Positions 25,511-39,100 of a stretch of 64,000 bases of DNA are shown in pieces. Source of the stretch: Octopus sinensis (lineage: Eukaryota); contig NC_042999.1 of NCBI RefSeq assembly GCF_006345805.1, positions 105,524,001 to 105,588,000 on the forward strand. Direction: 5' to 3'. Under the pieces are notes generated by a model. That model had not been told where the DNA came from. It did no database searches and saw only the letters and a list, made by a program, of their open reading frames with translations. How positions within the stretch are numbered: the first letter of the stretch is position 1; each line of letters opens with the position of its first letter. The translations under genes and the position numbers were made by a program.

Positions 25511-27184
25511 TTCTACTTCTTTGAAATTAACATTAATATATGTCTTTCCTGGAAAGTTTTACTTGTAAGGTATCACCTGCAGTAACGTTAATGGTTTTCA
25601 TAGATGTATTTCTGAATTTTGTTTTATTTCTTTAAAATATGTAATATGAAATGAAGAAAGGAAAACACTACATGGCAGTAACTAGTACTTTTCAGTTCCA
25701 GTATATGCCTATGTTACATTTAGTTAATATTTTTATTGTATAAATAGTAAGTACTTTCATTTCAATTTACTTGCATACCTTCAATCTTTTGGTGATTTTC
25801 TGTTTTACCAAGGATTTTCCGTAGTTGACATGGAAATATGGTAATTCAATTAACGATGCATTCCTTTGTACCACCCTAATAACTGAGAAATCATTATTTA
25901 TATTTAACATATCGTTATTAGATTTTACTTCTACTCTAATGATATTCCGATGAGCTTGGTTGACTTTTGTCATTATTTACTGAAAATATTTCTTAGGCTT
26001 TGTGTTTCTTTTGACACATACACATTATTGCTTTTCATAGAATTTCCTCATTGTTGACCAAGTTTGTTCCATTATCATCGACTTCCATTATTTTGTATTT
26101 ACATGCATAGACAGGAAAATACATTTATGTTGAGGTTGAACATTTGGATCATTATATTCGTGGACGTATATGCTTGCTTATTTCTTACGTTTGATTTTAT
26201 ATTTGTTATTGTTTGCTCTTAACAATACTTATTTTGATGTTAGTTATGTCGCGAATGTTATATTTTACTTTGAGAACTCATGCGCTACACATTTGTTTAT
26301 TGTTTTGAACTAACCGTTTTACATTGGAAAAGCTCAGTGTGCAAAACATAAACATAGATATTTTATATATGTACACATACATACACAAAGGCACATGTAC
26401 ATGCAGTATATTTTGTTCGGATGCTTTACTGGTCTATGGTAAATTATATGCAATCTTTATATATTCAGTGCATGCATTTTGTGGTATATTTCCATTTACC
26501 TGTGATATTTGTTTTCGCATCGTTATAAATTTGCTTATATTTCTAAGGTCCTCTGTTATTTAGCTTTTTCTCTATATAATGCATTATTTCTCAAGGTCTA
26601 ATACAAAAGTGTGTTCTTGTTTCAACTCATCAAGCATTTATATTGTTGAATAGCATGAGTGAGAAAAACACACTGTTATTATATTTGAATCCCTTGTTCT
26701 CCTTGTTGTCTTCCTCGGAATTGCATAAATGGTAGAATAAAAAGTGGGGCTTCTGGAGAGCATTAATATCTCGTGCAGAATATTACACCTGATTCTTGTA
26801 GAGTAACAGCTTCGTACTGCGATTCTGTTTCTATTCGTACGCCTCATAACTGACGTGTTAGTTTTATTTTCTATCGTTCAATTTGATTTAATTACATCTT
26901 ATACGTTCGTTTCGATGATACATTATAATTTGATTATATAAAGAATGTATTTTGTGCATGACCACTACGCAGAAGGCATGAAATAAGTAATCTTCGTAGT
27001 TGCAATTATTGTTGTTCGAATTGTAAAACTATCTGCGGTTATATTTTACGTTTCTTTTGCATTCAAAAATGCTATTTATTTTTTTTATTTACATCAAAGG
27101 GTACTCCTAAAACCTATGGTGAAATTCACGTGAGCGTTATATTACCTAATAAAGTGCAGAAATGATTTAAAATAGCATAGTAAT

Positions 27185-27815
27185 AATTTCCAACGTAGGC
27201 ACACACTCAAAAATTAGGGAACATTCGATTATACCTACTTTCGTAGTAAATCTGTATCTTATTCACTTCGGGAAAGTGAATAATTAAATAGTGCCATGCG
27301 TGAATTGAACTTGTAGGTAAAATGTCATAGTAAATATCGCAAAAATGTTTCACCGGCTCAAACTATTATAATATAAAGCAAACTTTTAATTCTAACTTTG
27401 GTGCAAGAAGAGAAATTTGAAATGAAGCGTAAGTCACTTATACGGTCTTCACTATGTCACTGGTATTTTTCATCCAAATCAGAAACCTGAAAAGAAAAGA
27501 TGACCTCAGCAACATGTAAACTCAGAAGGTGAGGGGCAATTCAGAACGATTGCTACAAAGCATATGTACAACATTATTAACCAACAAACAACACAGATAG
27601 TTCATTCTGATATAGGTATAAGGTCAAGAATTGAAGGTAGAAAAGTTAGCCGATATCATCTTAATCATTAACTGCTATTTAAATTTATTGTTGACCATGG
27701 AAAAATGAAAGGTATCGTTGATTGTGGCAGGATCTGAAGTTACAATGTAAAGCGACGCAACATATACTTCAGGGTATTTATTCCGACGCTCTAAAGATTC
27801 TGCGAACAGATCGCA
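27185..27815 (-). mobile_element. Three old, co-oriented family-A-like SINE relics in series
   Basis: Three segments of about 200 bp, each with degenerate aggcacaag, actggta, gaaagg..aaag..gac and gattctgc landmarks of the reverse-oriented SINE at 31876. Confidence 0.45.
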
Positions 27816-28489
27816 AGACAATATAAAATATAATTTTTTCTTCCTTTTTATAGTTAGAGGAGATCAATGAGATTAATCCTTGTTTTTACACGACCAGTTA
27901 CCATTAAAAATCATTTGCTCTTATGCTTATTCTTCGTGACATTCAGTGTTAAATTCTTTCGTTAAAACCTAGTGATTGCAGCATTTCCGTACGCTGCCAC
28001 TCGATATTATTACTGGATACTAAGCGCTGAACTCTTATTTGTCGGTTCAGAACGTGTTGGGAGGAAGTATTATCTCGCTTGTAAAATAATCGCAAGATAT
28101 TGATGATCATATTGAACGCAGGTATAGATAAAGAAATTATCTATGAAATAAATTTCAGATTAATAGCATTTGCCCCTAACAGAAATGTTCTAGCAAATTT
28201 TCGAGAATGATTTTTGGATGTATTAGTGTTAGTTTGCAGCAGTAATGACTTATGAGGGGTGCATTATCTGTGTGAGAGATTACACTACAGAAGAAACCCT
28301 TTTTGCAGATTGGAATAGAAAATTACATAGACGTTAGGGAAGACAATGCAATCGGAATTATACCTGCGAAAATATCACATGATCAATATTCCACGTGCAT
28401 TGCATTGTTGGGTTTAAATGGACATTCTCGGGACAAAAAGGTAGCATAAGTCGTTTGATAGCCCCATATATTGTGACTTATCAATTACC

Positions 28490-28722
28490 GGCGGTGAGCT
28501 GGCAGAAACGTTAGCACGCCGGGCGAAATGCGTAGCCGTATTTCGTCTGCCGTTACGTTCTGAGTTCAAATTCCGCCGAGGTCGACTTTGCCTTTCATCC
28601 TTTCGGGGTCGATAAATTAAGTACCAGTTACTCACTGGGGTCGATGTAATCGACTTAATCACTTTGTTTGTCCTTGTTTGTCCCCTCTGTGTTTAGCCCC
28701 TTGTGGGTAGTAAAGAAATAAG
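28490..28722 (+). mobile_element. tRNA-derived SINE, family A, young copy
   Basis: GGCGGTGAGCTGGCAGAAACGTTAG (A-box region), GAGTTCAAATTCC (B box), central gcctttcatcctttcggggtcgataaattaagtaccag domain. TSD-like tgtgactta.caa on both sides. Confidence 0.92.
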
Positions 28723-29379
28723 TGTGACTTAGCAAGAAAATTCCAAACTTGTATGTTCCTGAGCAAAATACCTTTGCGCTATCTTTTTGCTATTGACTTA
28801 TGCATATTCGTCAGTATTCTTTAGATTGTTTCCGGGACTAGTGACTCTGGAACACATAATTTTAAGGCCTTCGAGAATGTTGAACATGCTATGTGGAAGG
28901 TTGCTATAACATACCAAATAGGAAGGATCGCTTAAACATTACGGGAAAGGTAGTCAATGATTTTCGGTAATTTTCCTATTTGTTTTTCCTTGTAAATAAC
29001 AGAATTGTTCGCTACCGTCTTGACATTCAACAGCCAGAACTAGCTGCATAATAGGAATCACCATAATTCTAACCTCAATGTATACCTTCCTTTAACAATA
29101 AAATGACATAGATTAGGATATAATCATTTCTTTTTCGTTATTTAAAGATAGTAATATGCGCTGAATAAACGCACGTTTTGGGATTGCGTTTTTCGGAATT
29201 ATACGCTTGAAGGGTTGCAATGGTAGTTTTAGTGATATTTACAATATTCAGTGATTCTTTAATAATATACCTATGTTCATATTCTGTGTTTAGTATTTGA
29301 ACTTCAATGTCCCTTACGTTTTGAAACTTTTCAATTTGGCTTTCGATTGGATCACGAATTAGTACAGAAAGCCTAGTAG

Positions 29380-30200
29380 TTGTTTTTATGTTTTCTTAAG
29401 AATGCCCATTATCCCTTAGAATCTACATACTGCAGATCATAAAAGTTTCTTTAGCGGCAGTTTTCATTTATCTGCATACATTTTAAAATAAATGTAGGCA
29501 ATATACTACCTATTTCTTCTGATACACGCCGATGTTACCAATGTAAGTTATCTAACTTAGATGTTTCATTAATGGATTCATTAACTCCTTCTCTACTTAG
29601 CATTCTGCTTCAGAATATATTGCTGGTTGTTCTTATTCGGCAATGCAGGGACATTTTCTACAGTTATTATTCGTTCAATCTCCCGTATCGATTTCAGCTT
29701 TTAGCGTAAAGTGTAATTCCAATGTTTGTTCCAATATAGCACGTTTAGAATTTTGATTCCTATCATATATTATTTTCATCTTTCAATTTTTAATGTTCAA
29801 TAGTATTACTTTGCCTTACTTCCAATGCACGTTTCGTTCAAAATGTGTTCGAGTTTTTTCGTTATAAGTCGAGTAACTTTCATCTAAATTATTTTAGATA
29901 ACGTTTGTGAAATCTATGGTTCTTATCAAATTTTGAGGTTCATTGTATCACGGCTGGATTATATGGAGGAGTAAGAATATATTCGAAATATTCCAGTTTT
30001 TATAAATTTACACGACATTCAATTGATCGTCTTTTTTATTGTTTCGGTATGCATATGGTGTGTGCCAGCTTTTACGTTACATAGTCAATTTTTTAAAGCA
30101 AGTTGTTTTGTTTTTCAGTTAGCATAGCTTTAGATCTAGATATGATTCAATCTATCGGATTGAAGCTTTAGCATATCTTCTGTCATACTAGGGCAGTAAA
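29380..30200 (-). mobile_element. Possible very old CR1/L2-like RT relic
   Basis: Minus strand has degenerate YAKA(F) near 30170 and YAD(K) near 29475 in the right order; otherwise unrecognisable. Confidence 0.25.
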
Positions 30201-30660
30201 TATTTTCAACTTTTGTTTCAATTCCATTGATTTTACTGTGAATCTTAATATTATATCATTAGTATCATCCTCATTACTATTGAAATTGCTTTTATAATTA
30301 ATGTTGAAAAATGGAATTACAGTTATAGTTCAATTTCACATCTTTTACCTTTACACACAAATAACATTCCTGTTGAAATAAACGTTTTGGAGTTTCAGAA
30401 TAATTAGATTAAACACAAGACATACTAAGAACAGATTATCCTCATCATCATCGAAAGGATGTGAATGGTTTCTCAAAAATTAATGCGTTGTTTTTAAAAG
30501 AATTTCAAATGAAATATAAGTAATGATTTCGGTAGATTTTACAATAATTGACATATTTCGTACGTAAAGATATTAATTCTAAATCCCCGTATATATTCAT
30601 CTACTTCTAAACTTGTAATTAACGATGGTTCCTTATTTCTTCTCACACTTTAGCGTAACG

Positions 30661-30663
<3 letters not shown>

Positions 30664-30737
<74 letters not shown>

Positions 30738-30780
30738 GTGTGTGTGTGTGTGTGTGTGTATGTGTGTATGTATGTATATG

Positions 30781-30818
<38 letters not shown>

Positions 30819-30819
30819 A

Positions 30820-30851
<32 letters not shown>

Positions 30852-30852
30852 A
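30664..30852. repeat. Compound (TA)n/(TG)n microsatellite
   Basis: Read directly. Confidence 0.95.
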
Positions 30853-31494
30853 TGAGGGCTAAATAGATAGTGCAAACGAGTAAGTACAATAACTCCATGT
30901 TAACATTGCTTGTTGTTGAAGCGGTAACATAGGAAGCTCTAATTTCGGCTTGATTCATTTTGGAGGAATTGATTAATTGATAACGAGCAACAGGAGCGGT
31001 GGTTGTTGCTGCGATGTTGAAGGAATAGTATTTCACACTCTTTTATTAATAGCTCTCACCAATGTGACAGGTTTTAATTTAAAGTTCGTGATCAACTTTC
31101 TTCAATATAATGTAATTATCTCGTGTTAAAGAGAAACCTGACCAGGAAATGGTCCAATATCTTCTCGTTCCTAAGTCACTGAAAGGCATTGGTTGATGAT
31201 GTGCGACAAGTATCAATTACATTTGATGAGTCGTGATGGCTTTGCTGGATAGCATGTTAGCATTTTGTTTCAGGTGTCATGAGGTCATGTTCTATCAATA
31301 GTGTTATGCTCATCATTTTATAAACGTAAACTTATTCTATCTTCGGCTTATTTACATAATGTAATTTTGAAAGAAAGAAATCAGTGGTATAGCTCAGTGG
31401 CGAAAATTTAATTAGGGTTGTTTGGAAATGTGTTGTTAAGTTATAACTTTCTCGGAATCTCAGGCTCTTATTGCTTTCAATGTTAGTGCCACAA

Positions 31495-31625
31495 AGAAGG
31501 AGAAGCAGTAGAAGTAGAAGAAGCAGAAGAAGAAGAAGAAGAAGAAGAGAAGAAGAAGAAGAAGAAGAAGAAGAAGAAGAAGAAGAAGAAAAATAAGAAG
31601 AAAAATAAGACGAAAACGAAGAATG
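31495..31625. repeat. (GAA)n microsatellite
   Basis: Read directly. Confidence 0.95.
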
Positions 31626-31875
31626 ATAAAATATACTGTTTTTTTTCCCTATTTGCTCTGTCTATATAGGTAATTTATATTTAATTCCTTGACTCAGTAA
31701 TGTTATGAACATCTCTACTTAATCCACCCTGATGTCACTAGTGCGATTCGTTTTAACAAGGTACACGAAAGAATACCCTGTTAGTTATAATTCTACAACA
31801 ACTTTGCTAGCACTGGACCATATCTTCATATGAATTCATTTTATTTACAAATGAATTATGATGTTTACAATAGCA

Positions 31876-32086
31876 ATCCTTTCTACTATAGGCACAAGGC
31901 CTAAAACTTGGGGAGAGGGCTTAAGTCGATTACATCGAACCCAGTACTCAACTGGTTCTTAATTTATTGACCTTGAAAGGATGAAAGACAAAGTCGACCT
32001 CGGTGGAATTTGAAGTCAGAACGTAGCGACGGGCGAAACACCACTGAACATTTCGTCCCGAGTGCTAACGATTCTGCCAGCTTGCC
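31876..32086 (-). mobile_element. tRNA-derived SINE, family A
   Basis: Reverse complement of the 28490 family (aagtcgacctcgg.ggaatttgaa.tcagaacgta...gattctgccagct). tttacaata is duplicated on both flanks. Confidence 0.9.
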
Positions 32087-34053
32087 TTTTTTACAATAAT
32101 AATGAGAACAGGCACACAATATTTTATATGCTCGTCATATTTTCCGGCTATTTTATCTTTTCAATTGCTACTACTCATCTTTATAACTGTATTCATTGAC
32201 TTAATGAAAAAGACTTTTCTTTGATCCTGAAATAATTGTGCGCTGAATACACGATCTTGCCGGATTCCAATTTCTACACCATAATCACTAACATTTACAT
32301 TCTGATCCGTTTATATATTTATATATTTACATGCCATTTATATCGGCATAGATGTATTAATTAGTTTCACACAGAGAAATGGGTTGCCGCAAGTACTTAA
32401 TATGCTCTCAGAGACAGATGGAGGTAAAGATTCTCTTAAATCTTTATAATTCAACAGCTGCAGGAAAACAAGTTTATTTCTTATCTCCGTAAAATTTTTC
32501 TTCGTGAGGGAAACAGTGGATACATTCATCATTTCACTTCTCTTGAAACTTATTTACTAACTTCAGTATATAAAATATGTAAATATTCATATGCTTGATA
32601 TCATCACTTCCAACTTAAACACATGTGTAATAATGTACGCTTAATTGAGTTGTATTCTTTTTTATAAATGAGTTATTTTTAGTGATTGAGGAGAATGAAA
32701 TTATAGCTTGGCAGATAAGGCGTAACCTAATATGTTTATCATTAGTAAGCATCAATTTAAATAACATTTATATTGATAAACATTTTCCTCAAACTACTCT
32801 GACTGAGTCTGTGTGGTTGAAAACTTCCGCAATATAAAGCTTAAAAGATAGAACACTTATTGTAGTCGATGAAGTGCCGGCTATGCTTAAAGCATAGCCA
32901 GAAAAGTCCTCAATGTAACACATCTGCTAGGATCATACTGAGAATAGACCTAAATCACTTTAGGATTATATTATTCTAGCTTACCGTTAAACTGGAAATC
33001 ATGTTGCGTGTGAAAGATATATTTAGCCTATACATTAAGGGGAATAGGACACTTCACTTATTACTGCCTTTGCAATAAATTCTTGAGGATACCTCAGAAA
33101 GATTACTAGATCTGCTAGAAAGAATAGCCAGATCCTATGTATTACACTACTGTTTTATTTAAAAAGGGTACATTAAAAAATGAAATGCAAAGCATGTTGT
33201 GTAGATTAATGGTGGATTGCTCACGAAGGGGAACGTCTTGAAAATATCTTCGATCAATCACGGTAGTTCTGATATAACGCAATAAAACCGCCTTGCTCAA
33301 ACTAAATTAACAAATGGTATTCGATGGTGTGGCATTTATTTACAACTATTTCTGCAAAATTGATTTCTATCTCATCAAGTTTTAAGACATTAGAATATTC
33401 CATACAAATAATAAAGAAAACATGCCATAACCGTTATAATCGTAATGATAATATGAATCTACTGAAATATTATTGAAATACTGAGAATACCAAACGAGAT
33501 ATACAGTAAATAACTTAATTTTGGAGCATCTTGAGACTGATCCGTATATCAGATTTCATGTACCTCAGTAATTAAAATGGTTCAGTCATTCTGTTTACCA
33601 GGTTTTTGAAAGTTGGCAGGCAACAACTGTCACGTCAACAGCACAAGCAAAACACGTGTTCTAGATTTTGATATAACAGAATAAAATAGCTATAAAACAA
33701 ACGAACATCTAAAACAGCCACAAACGTAAAAATTTCAAACAAAAATGAAAATAAAAATAAAACAACATAACAACACTAATATGGTATAAAAATGAGGCTA
33801 CCAAGCACAAAAACAAAACAACAGTAAAACAACAATTACAACATCAAAAGTGTGCAACGATCAGTAAACAACAAACTCATTGGCAAAAACCATAAAATGA
33901 ACAAGGCCAACAGTAATAGCAACATCAATAAATGTATGTAGTACAGAAATCAATAACAAAATATATTTATTTATTATAACTGAATAACAGATTGACTTAA
34001 ATACTTAGGGACCGGCGTATCTACTTGCTGTGCGAAATAAATACACATAGACA

Positions 34054-34056
<3 letters not shown>

Positions 34057-34101
<45 letters not shown>

Positions 34102-34118
34102 CATACATATATATATAT

Positions 34119-34151
<33 letters not shown>

Positions 34152-34160
34152 CATACATAC

Positions 34161-34213
<53 letters not shown>

Positions 34214-34222
34214 ATATGTATA
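34057..34222. repeat. (TA)n/(TACA)n microsatellite
   Basis: Read directly. Confidence 0.95.
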
Positions 34223-34951
34223 CCCACACGCACACAGATACAGATGTATATGTAATCACATATGCATATGTGTATTTGTGTGTGTACATACGCACACACA
34301 CACCCACAGACACATATTTCAGTGTATGTATTTATGTGAACAGTAACTTCAAACAATTCTGATCACACACCTGCCAGTTCAACATTACTAATAACTGCGC
34401 GAACAAAGTACGGAGACAATTTGTAACACCACGGAAAATATTCTCAGACAAGGTCTTCACGAGAACGTCACTGTGACTGTAATAAATTTGATAGCTTGGC
34501 ATGGCTTTAAATCATGAGATTTATTACAACTGAAGCACACTTTGAATAAAACGAATATTTGAAAATTCCTATAGGAGAACCGTTTGGGAAATAGTGTATT
34601 CGTAAATAGTCGAATGTTATTTGTTTACTTTCCGACGCCAAATATCTCTAGCTTTCCATACATAAATTCACACTTATACCATGTATATCTATAGGGTTGT
34701 GTGTGTGTATGTGCGTGTGCGCGCATGTATATATGTATGTTATTCTGTATGTGAATGATTGTATTTGGAAAATAGACTGGCCAGCGTTAATGGAAATTAT
34801 ATTACATTAGCATAATCTTAGTGTATTGTATCTATAATTGATAATGTGTAAATGCTCATTTGAAAATGCATGCATGCTTTCATTCACTGGGTTTCAGGTA
34901 TGAGTACAAATATATTTGATTATATGTATGTATGTATATATATATATATAC

Positions 34952-35146
34952 ATCTATAAAATAATATGTTACATTACTCAATAGTCAAAATAAAACTCTG
35001 AGTTTCAGATGCCGAAGTGGAAATCCACAACACCATCTCTTCGGTTATCTTGAGTAATGTAACATATTATTTTATAGATAAATTTCCTCTATTTACATAA
35101 TATTGAGGTCTCTTTCTTTCTTTTGTTATCTTACCGTTTTTACCAA
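34952..35146. mobile_element. Small PLE terminal-repeat fragment with inversion and truncated HHR, between (TA)n tracts
   Basis: Perfect 30-bp inverted repeat 34952-34981 / 35050-35079. Between them the minus strand reads AGATAACCGAAG...CTTCGGCATCT-GAAAC-TCAGA-GTT (HHR stems II and III), with the CTGANGA half missing at the junction. Confidence 0.7.
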
Positions 35147-35170
35147 TATATATATATACATATATAAATT

Positions 35171-36021
35171 TAGATAAGTCTGGTTTATGAGATAACCCTG
35201 GGTTTCACGTCCATAAAGCGCATAGCATTACGGCGTATCATCAGATCAGAAACCTGTTGGCTTATGGCCTCTCTAGAGAGCGGCTTCTCTAGAAAGATCG
35301 AGGAGGAAAAGATCTCACTATTCAATGTCAACAATAGAGGATTGTCTCTCTATGGCTACAGATCATAGATGCCCTTGTTATCTTGTTGGTCCCAATGGCG
35401 CCGGCACAAACAACAGTGGCAGCAGCAACACTAACACCAACTGACCGAGAACCGCCAACAACCGAGCACGAAGATACATATGTTGCTCCGGTAACACAAC
35501 CAAGCAACACTCTCCAACCACAGACCTTACTTTACAATAGTTGAAAGAAGATACCTTACGTTATTAGCCAACCATGTACGGCAGTTGAAGTACGAGGGAT
35601 TCCATACACAATATCATGGAGAATCCTAGAAAATCCAGGCCCCTACATAAACGGGACTAAGAATTGTAAACTGTGCATAGCAGAACGGGCGAGGATACGG
35701 AAGAAGTCCCCTGCCTCGGAGACTCCTATAATCCGGGGACTCCCATGACTCCAGAACAATGGTCTTCGGACCGTGCTCGCATTTCTGGACATTTGAAATT
35801 CCTGCTAAACACACGAGATAGTAGGGTCATTTACGATCGATAGCCGTAGTGTGACATTGTAGTTGACATTGTGTAGCGAGATCCTTTCCTCAGCTATTTT
35901 CTACAGAGGCCACTCGCTGGAGAATCTATAAGACAATAGCTTTGGGATCTAATGATACGCCGTAATCCGTATCGCTTTATGGACGTTAACCCAGGGTAAT
36001 CACATAAACCGGTCTTATCTA
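35171..36021. mobile_element. MITE or non-autonomous DNA transposon with about 165-bp diverged TIRs
   Basis: tagataag.c.ggtttatg.gat.accctgggtt..cgtccataaagcg pairs with cgctttatggacgttaacccaggg.aatcacataaacc.g.cttatcta. TA at both ends. Confidence 0.82.
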
Positions 36022-36145
36022 TCTTTATTTATATATAATGTTCTAAAACTTAGTATGCTTGTTTTTCGGATTTATGTGTTACCGATGATATATGTGCACA
36101 CACACACAAACACACACACACACATGCACAAACACACACACACAC

Positions 36146-36189
<44 letters not shown>

Positions 36190-39100
36190 TAAGCACCAAG
36201 GATCGGGGTGTAGGATGAAAGCTAGATTCAAGAAGTCCGTAATAATTATAAAATACAACTTTCAGGGACAATTGAACAGAAAGTTGTGGATTTTTGCCTA
36301 ACGAAGTACGATAAACTGAAAAAAGTTATTATTATATTTCACGGAAGTCGACCGAGGTTGCCGGGTATGCGAATGAGAATACAAGAGTTAAGGAATGGAG
36401 GAGATAAGATCCCGGCTACATATGATCATAGAGAGCGGAACCTCGGAAATGGTAAATATCCAAGTCATATACCGCAGGATACTCTTCAGGCCAAGCGTGT
36501 TTTGATTGAATGAAAATTTACATTGTCGCTAGGAGGTACTTGGTAACATATGGAAGAATCGATTACAATGTGTATAGAGCACAGCAAGATTGGAAAATGT
36601 AAATATAGAAATTAGAAATAAAAAAGAAATTAAGAGGAATAAAACATGAGAAATGTGAGGAATTTGAGCAAGTTCATTTGACCGGTAGTATTCAATAGGG
36701 CTATTTTGTCTGAATCACAAAGATTAGCAAGGGAAGTGGTTTTTCAAAAAAAAAAAAGAAGATATGTGGAGGAAAGAGGGTAAGGAAATATTTGTAGTCA
36801 AGGGGGAGAATTAACTATTCATGAAATAGTATTGGAAATGGAAATCAAGACAGAATGGAGAAGAATTGTAGCGACTACTACTATCAATTAAGGAATGTAT
36901 ATTGTGGTGTGTGGTATTGGAATTTAGTTATGATTCTTTGTTGACCTATTGATATATCTCACTGATTGAATTGCCTCTTCGCTTACAGGCACACATATCT
37001 GGGCCTGGAGGGGACAAGTGTTTCACTTTGGACATTTCTTATTATCATTTGCATAATATGGCGTATGTTTTTGTATACATCTCTGAATTCATCCACCTGA
37101 GAGAGTATCATAATATAGCTGAAAGTTCCTCGTCTTCAAAGTGATCTTAACTGGGCTCGTGCCGTTTCTTTGTTCCATCTGCCAGAATTTGACCATAGTG
37201 CATCTGGCAATAAAAAATAATACCAGTCATGCATGCATACAATATTTTGAGGTTTCTTGTTTTATGCATATATAATTTAGATTTAATGCAAATAGTTTGC
37301 AGGAAATTTTCTGTTTGCATATTAGCATCTCAATTTCGACAGTAAGTATCTTCTAGAGGTATGGAATATTACTGTAAACGACTACCAGTATCGTAACTTG
37401 TGAACTACATATAGTACGAGTGTAGCAAAACGCTAATGGCCACTAAAATGATTAATTCAATTTTGGCTCTGCCGGCGTCCTCCCGAAATACAGAACTCAC
37501 TCTAAGGTAGATTAACTCTCCTAGTGAGTAGCCATTGGAAATTATGCTGTTCTTACATCTGAATCAGTATGTCGTGACTCATTATTATATTTATACGAAG
37601 AATTGTAGAAAGTGGCACAACGCATTGCAGTCTGCCACTGGCTGATGATTCCCTGTCCTGGATGATAGATATCAAGCAAATTGTTTGCAACAACTTTGGA
37701 AATTCTGGTTCACATTACACCAGGATTTTCAACGCCCATACCATATTCATTGACACTGCTATTTAATTAGCTGTTCAGGAAGGAGTTTATTGCTTGTCTG
37801 CACCTTTCTCATTTTGGCATGAATTCAAAGGAGAACAATAACATTATTCTTCAACACTTCTGGTGAGATAAGATTGCATTGAACGAACACAAATCCATGC
37901 ACAGCTAGTTTTTACAAGTTCTCAAACGTCTACCCTCGAAGGACGAATCAAGCTAGTGTTCTTGTGTAAAACGCGGCGGTGATTCCCAAATTTACGCATA
38001 TGATTAAACTTAATGGAAATACAAAACAGCCTCAAAAGCATTTTACAGATCATAAATTCTACGAACAGGCCCTGTCGTTGGTTACATTTCTCCACCACTG
38101 CAGCTAATATGTAACAAGGAGAGTGTAAACTGTATTCGATTCATGCGGATTCACGCTTCAAACATGGTGCGATGAATTGTGTACCAGAAACTTAACCGCA
38201 CATATTCCAAATATTAGAGCTACCATATTCATCAACGTAATGTTTGAAGCTGTCAATTTTTGAAGTTTACCTTCCAGGCTTCCTCGCTTCTGTTGTGCAC
38301 GTTTAAATGCCCCTCATACGGATGTAGCAAAAGTACTTCATAATCACTGCGAAAATATTTTCCGTGGTCGAACACATTATCCTTTATTGATTTTATGAGG
38401 ACAGATCGAACTTCACGTAAATTCAATCTCTTGTGAAATGGGCGACTGAAGATATTTTCTCAAATTTCTACCATCACTACATCTCAAATAATATTAACGC
38501 CGATTTAGGCTGCTGATTGATGTGTCATCTCCACTTCTGCATTAGCACTAGTACACCTTTATAAGGCATGTGCCATACCTGAAGGACACAGTTTGATTTC
38601 TTGAGCATTTTAAATTTACCTCTGATGATTTTATATTACGAACATCGGGCTCGGAAAGTACTTTTAGATATCTAATAAACGATTGTACGGTGTTTAGCAG
38701 TTCTTGTGTATGCAATACGAGAGCCAGTTGATGTTTACTTCGAATTCAAGTCAAATATATAATGAATAAGCTCGTAAACTATATGCGACATATATGTCTG
38801 AAAAGTCACTGTGATTCTACATGTTGTTGGTAGTGAGGTTTTGATGATATACAGCGAGTGGACAGCTCTCACTGTAGCTGGTGGTCCCGGCAACCAGACC
38901 AGACGATTTTTATCTGCCAATGGTGTGAACATCTATGCCATTATGTACTGTGTGGCCATATAAGAGGCTCTCTCAAACAAATCTTCCACAGTAGGATGGA
39001 TATAAAGATTGCATATACACTGATAATTTCATGTATAATATCAATAATAAGGTAATTATGCCGAGTAATTCTAAATTGATTTAAACATGTTTAAAGTCCA

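Noticed and set aside
25560-25985. Possible two-exon minus-strand gene (68-aa ORF with a GT donor and a downstream ctgcag acceptor)
   Set aside because: No recognisable protein similarity, and such splice-like motifs are common by chance in AT-rich DNA.
28490-28575. tRNA genes at SINE heads (also 55700-55797)
   Set aside because: A and B boxes are present, but there is no complete cloverleaf and they continue into multi-copy SINE bodies.
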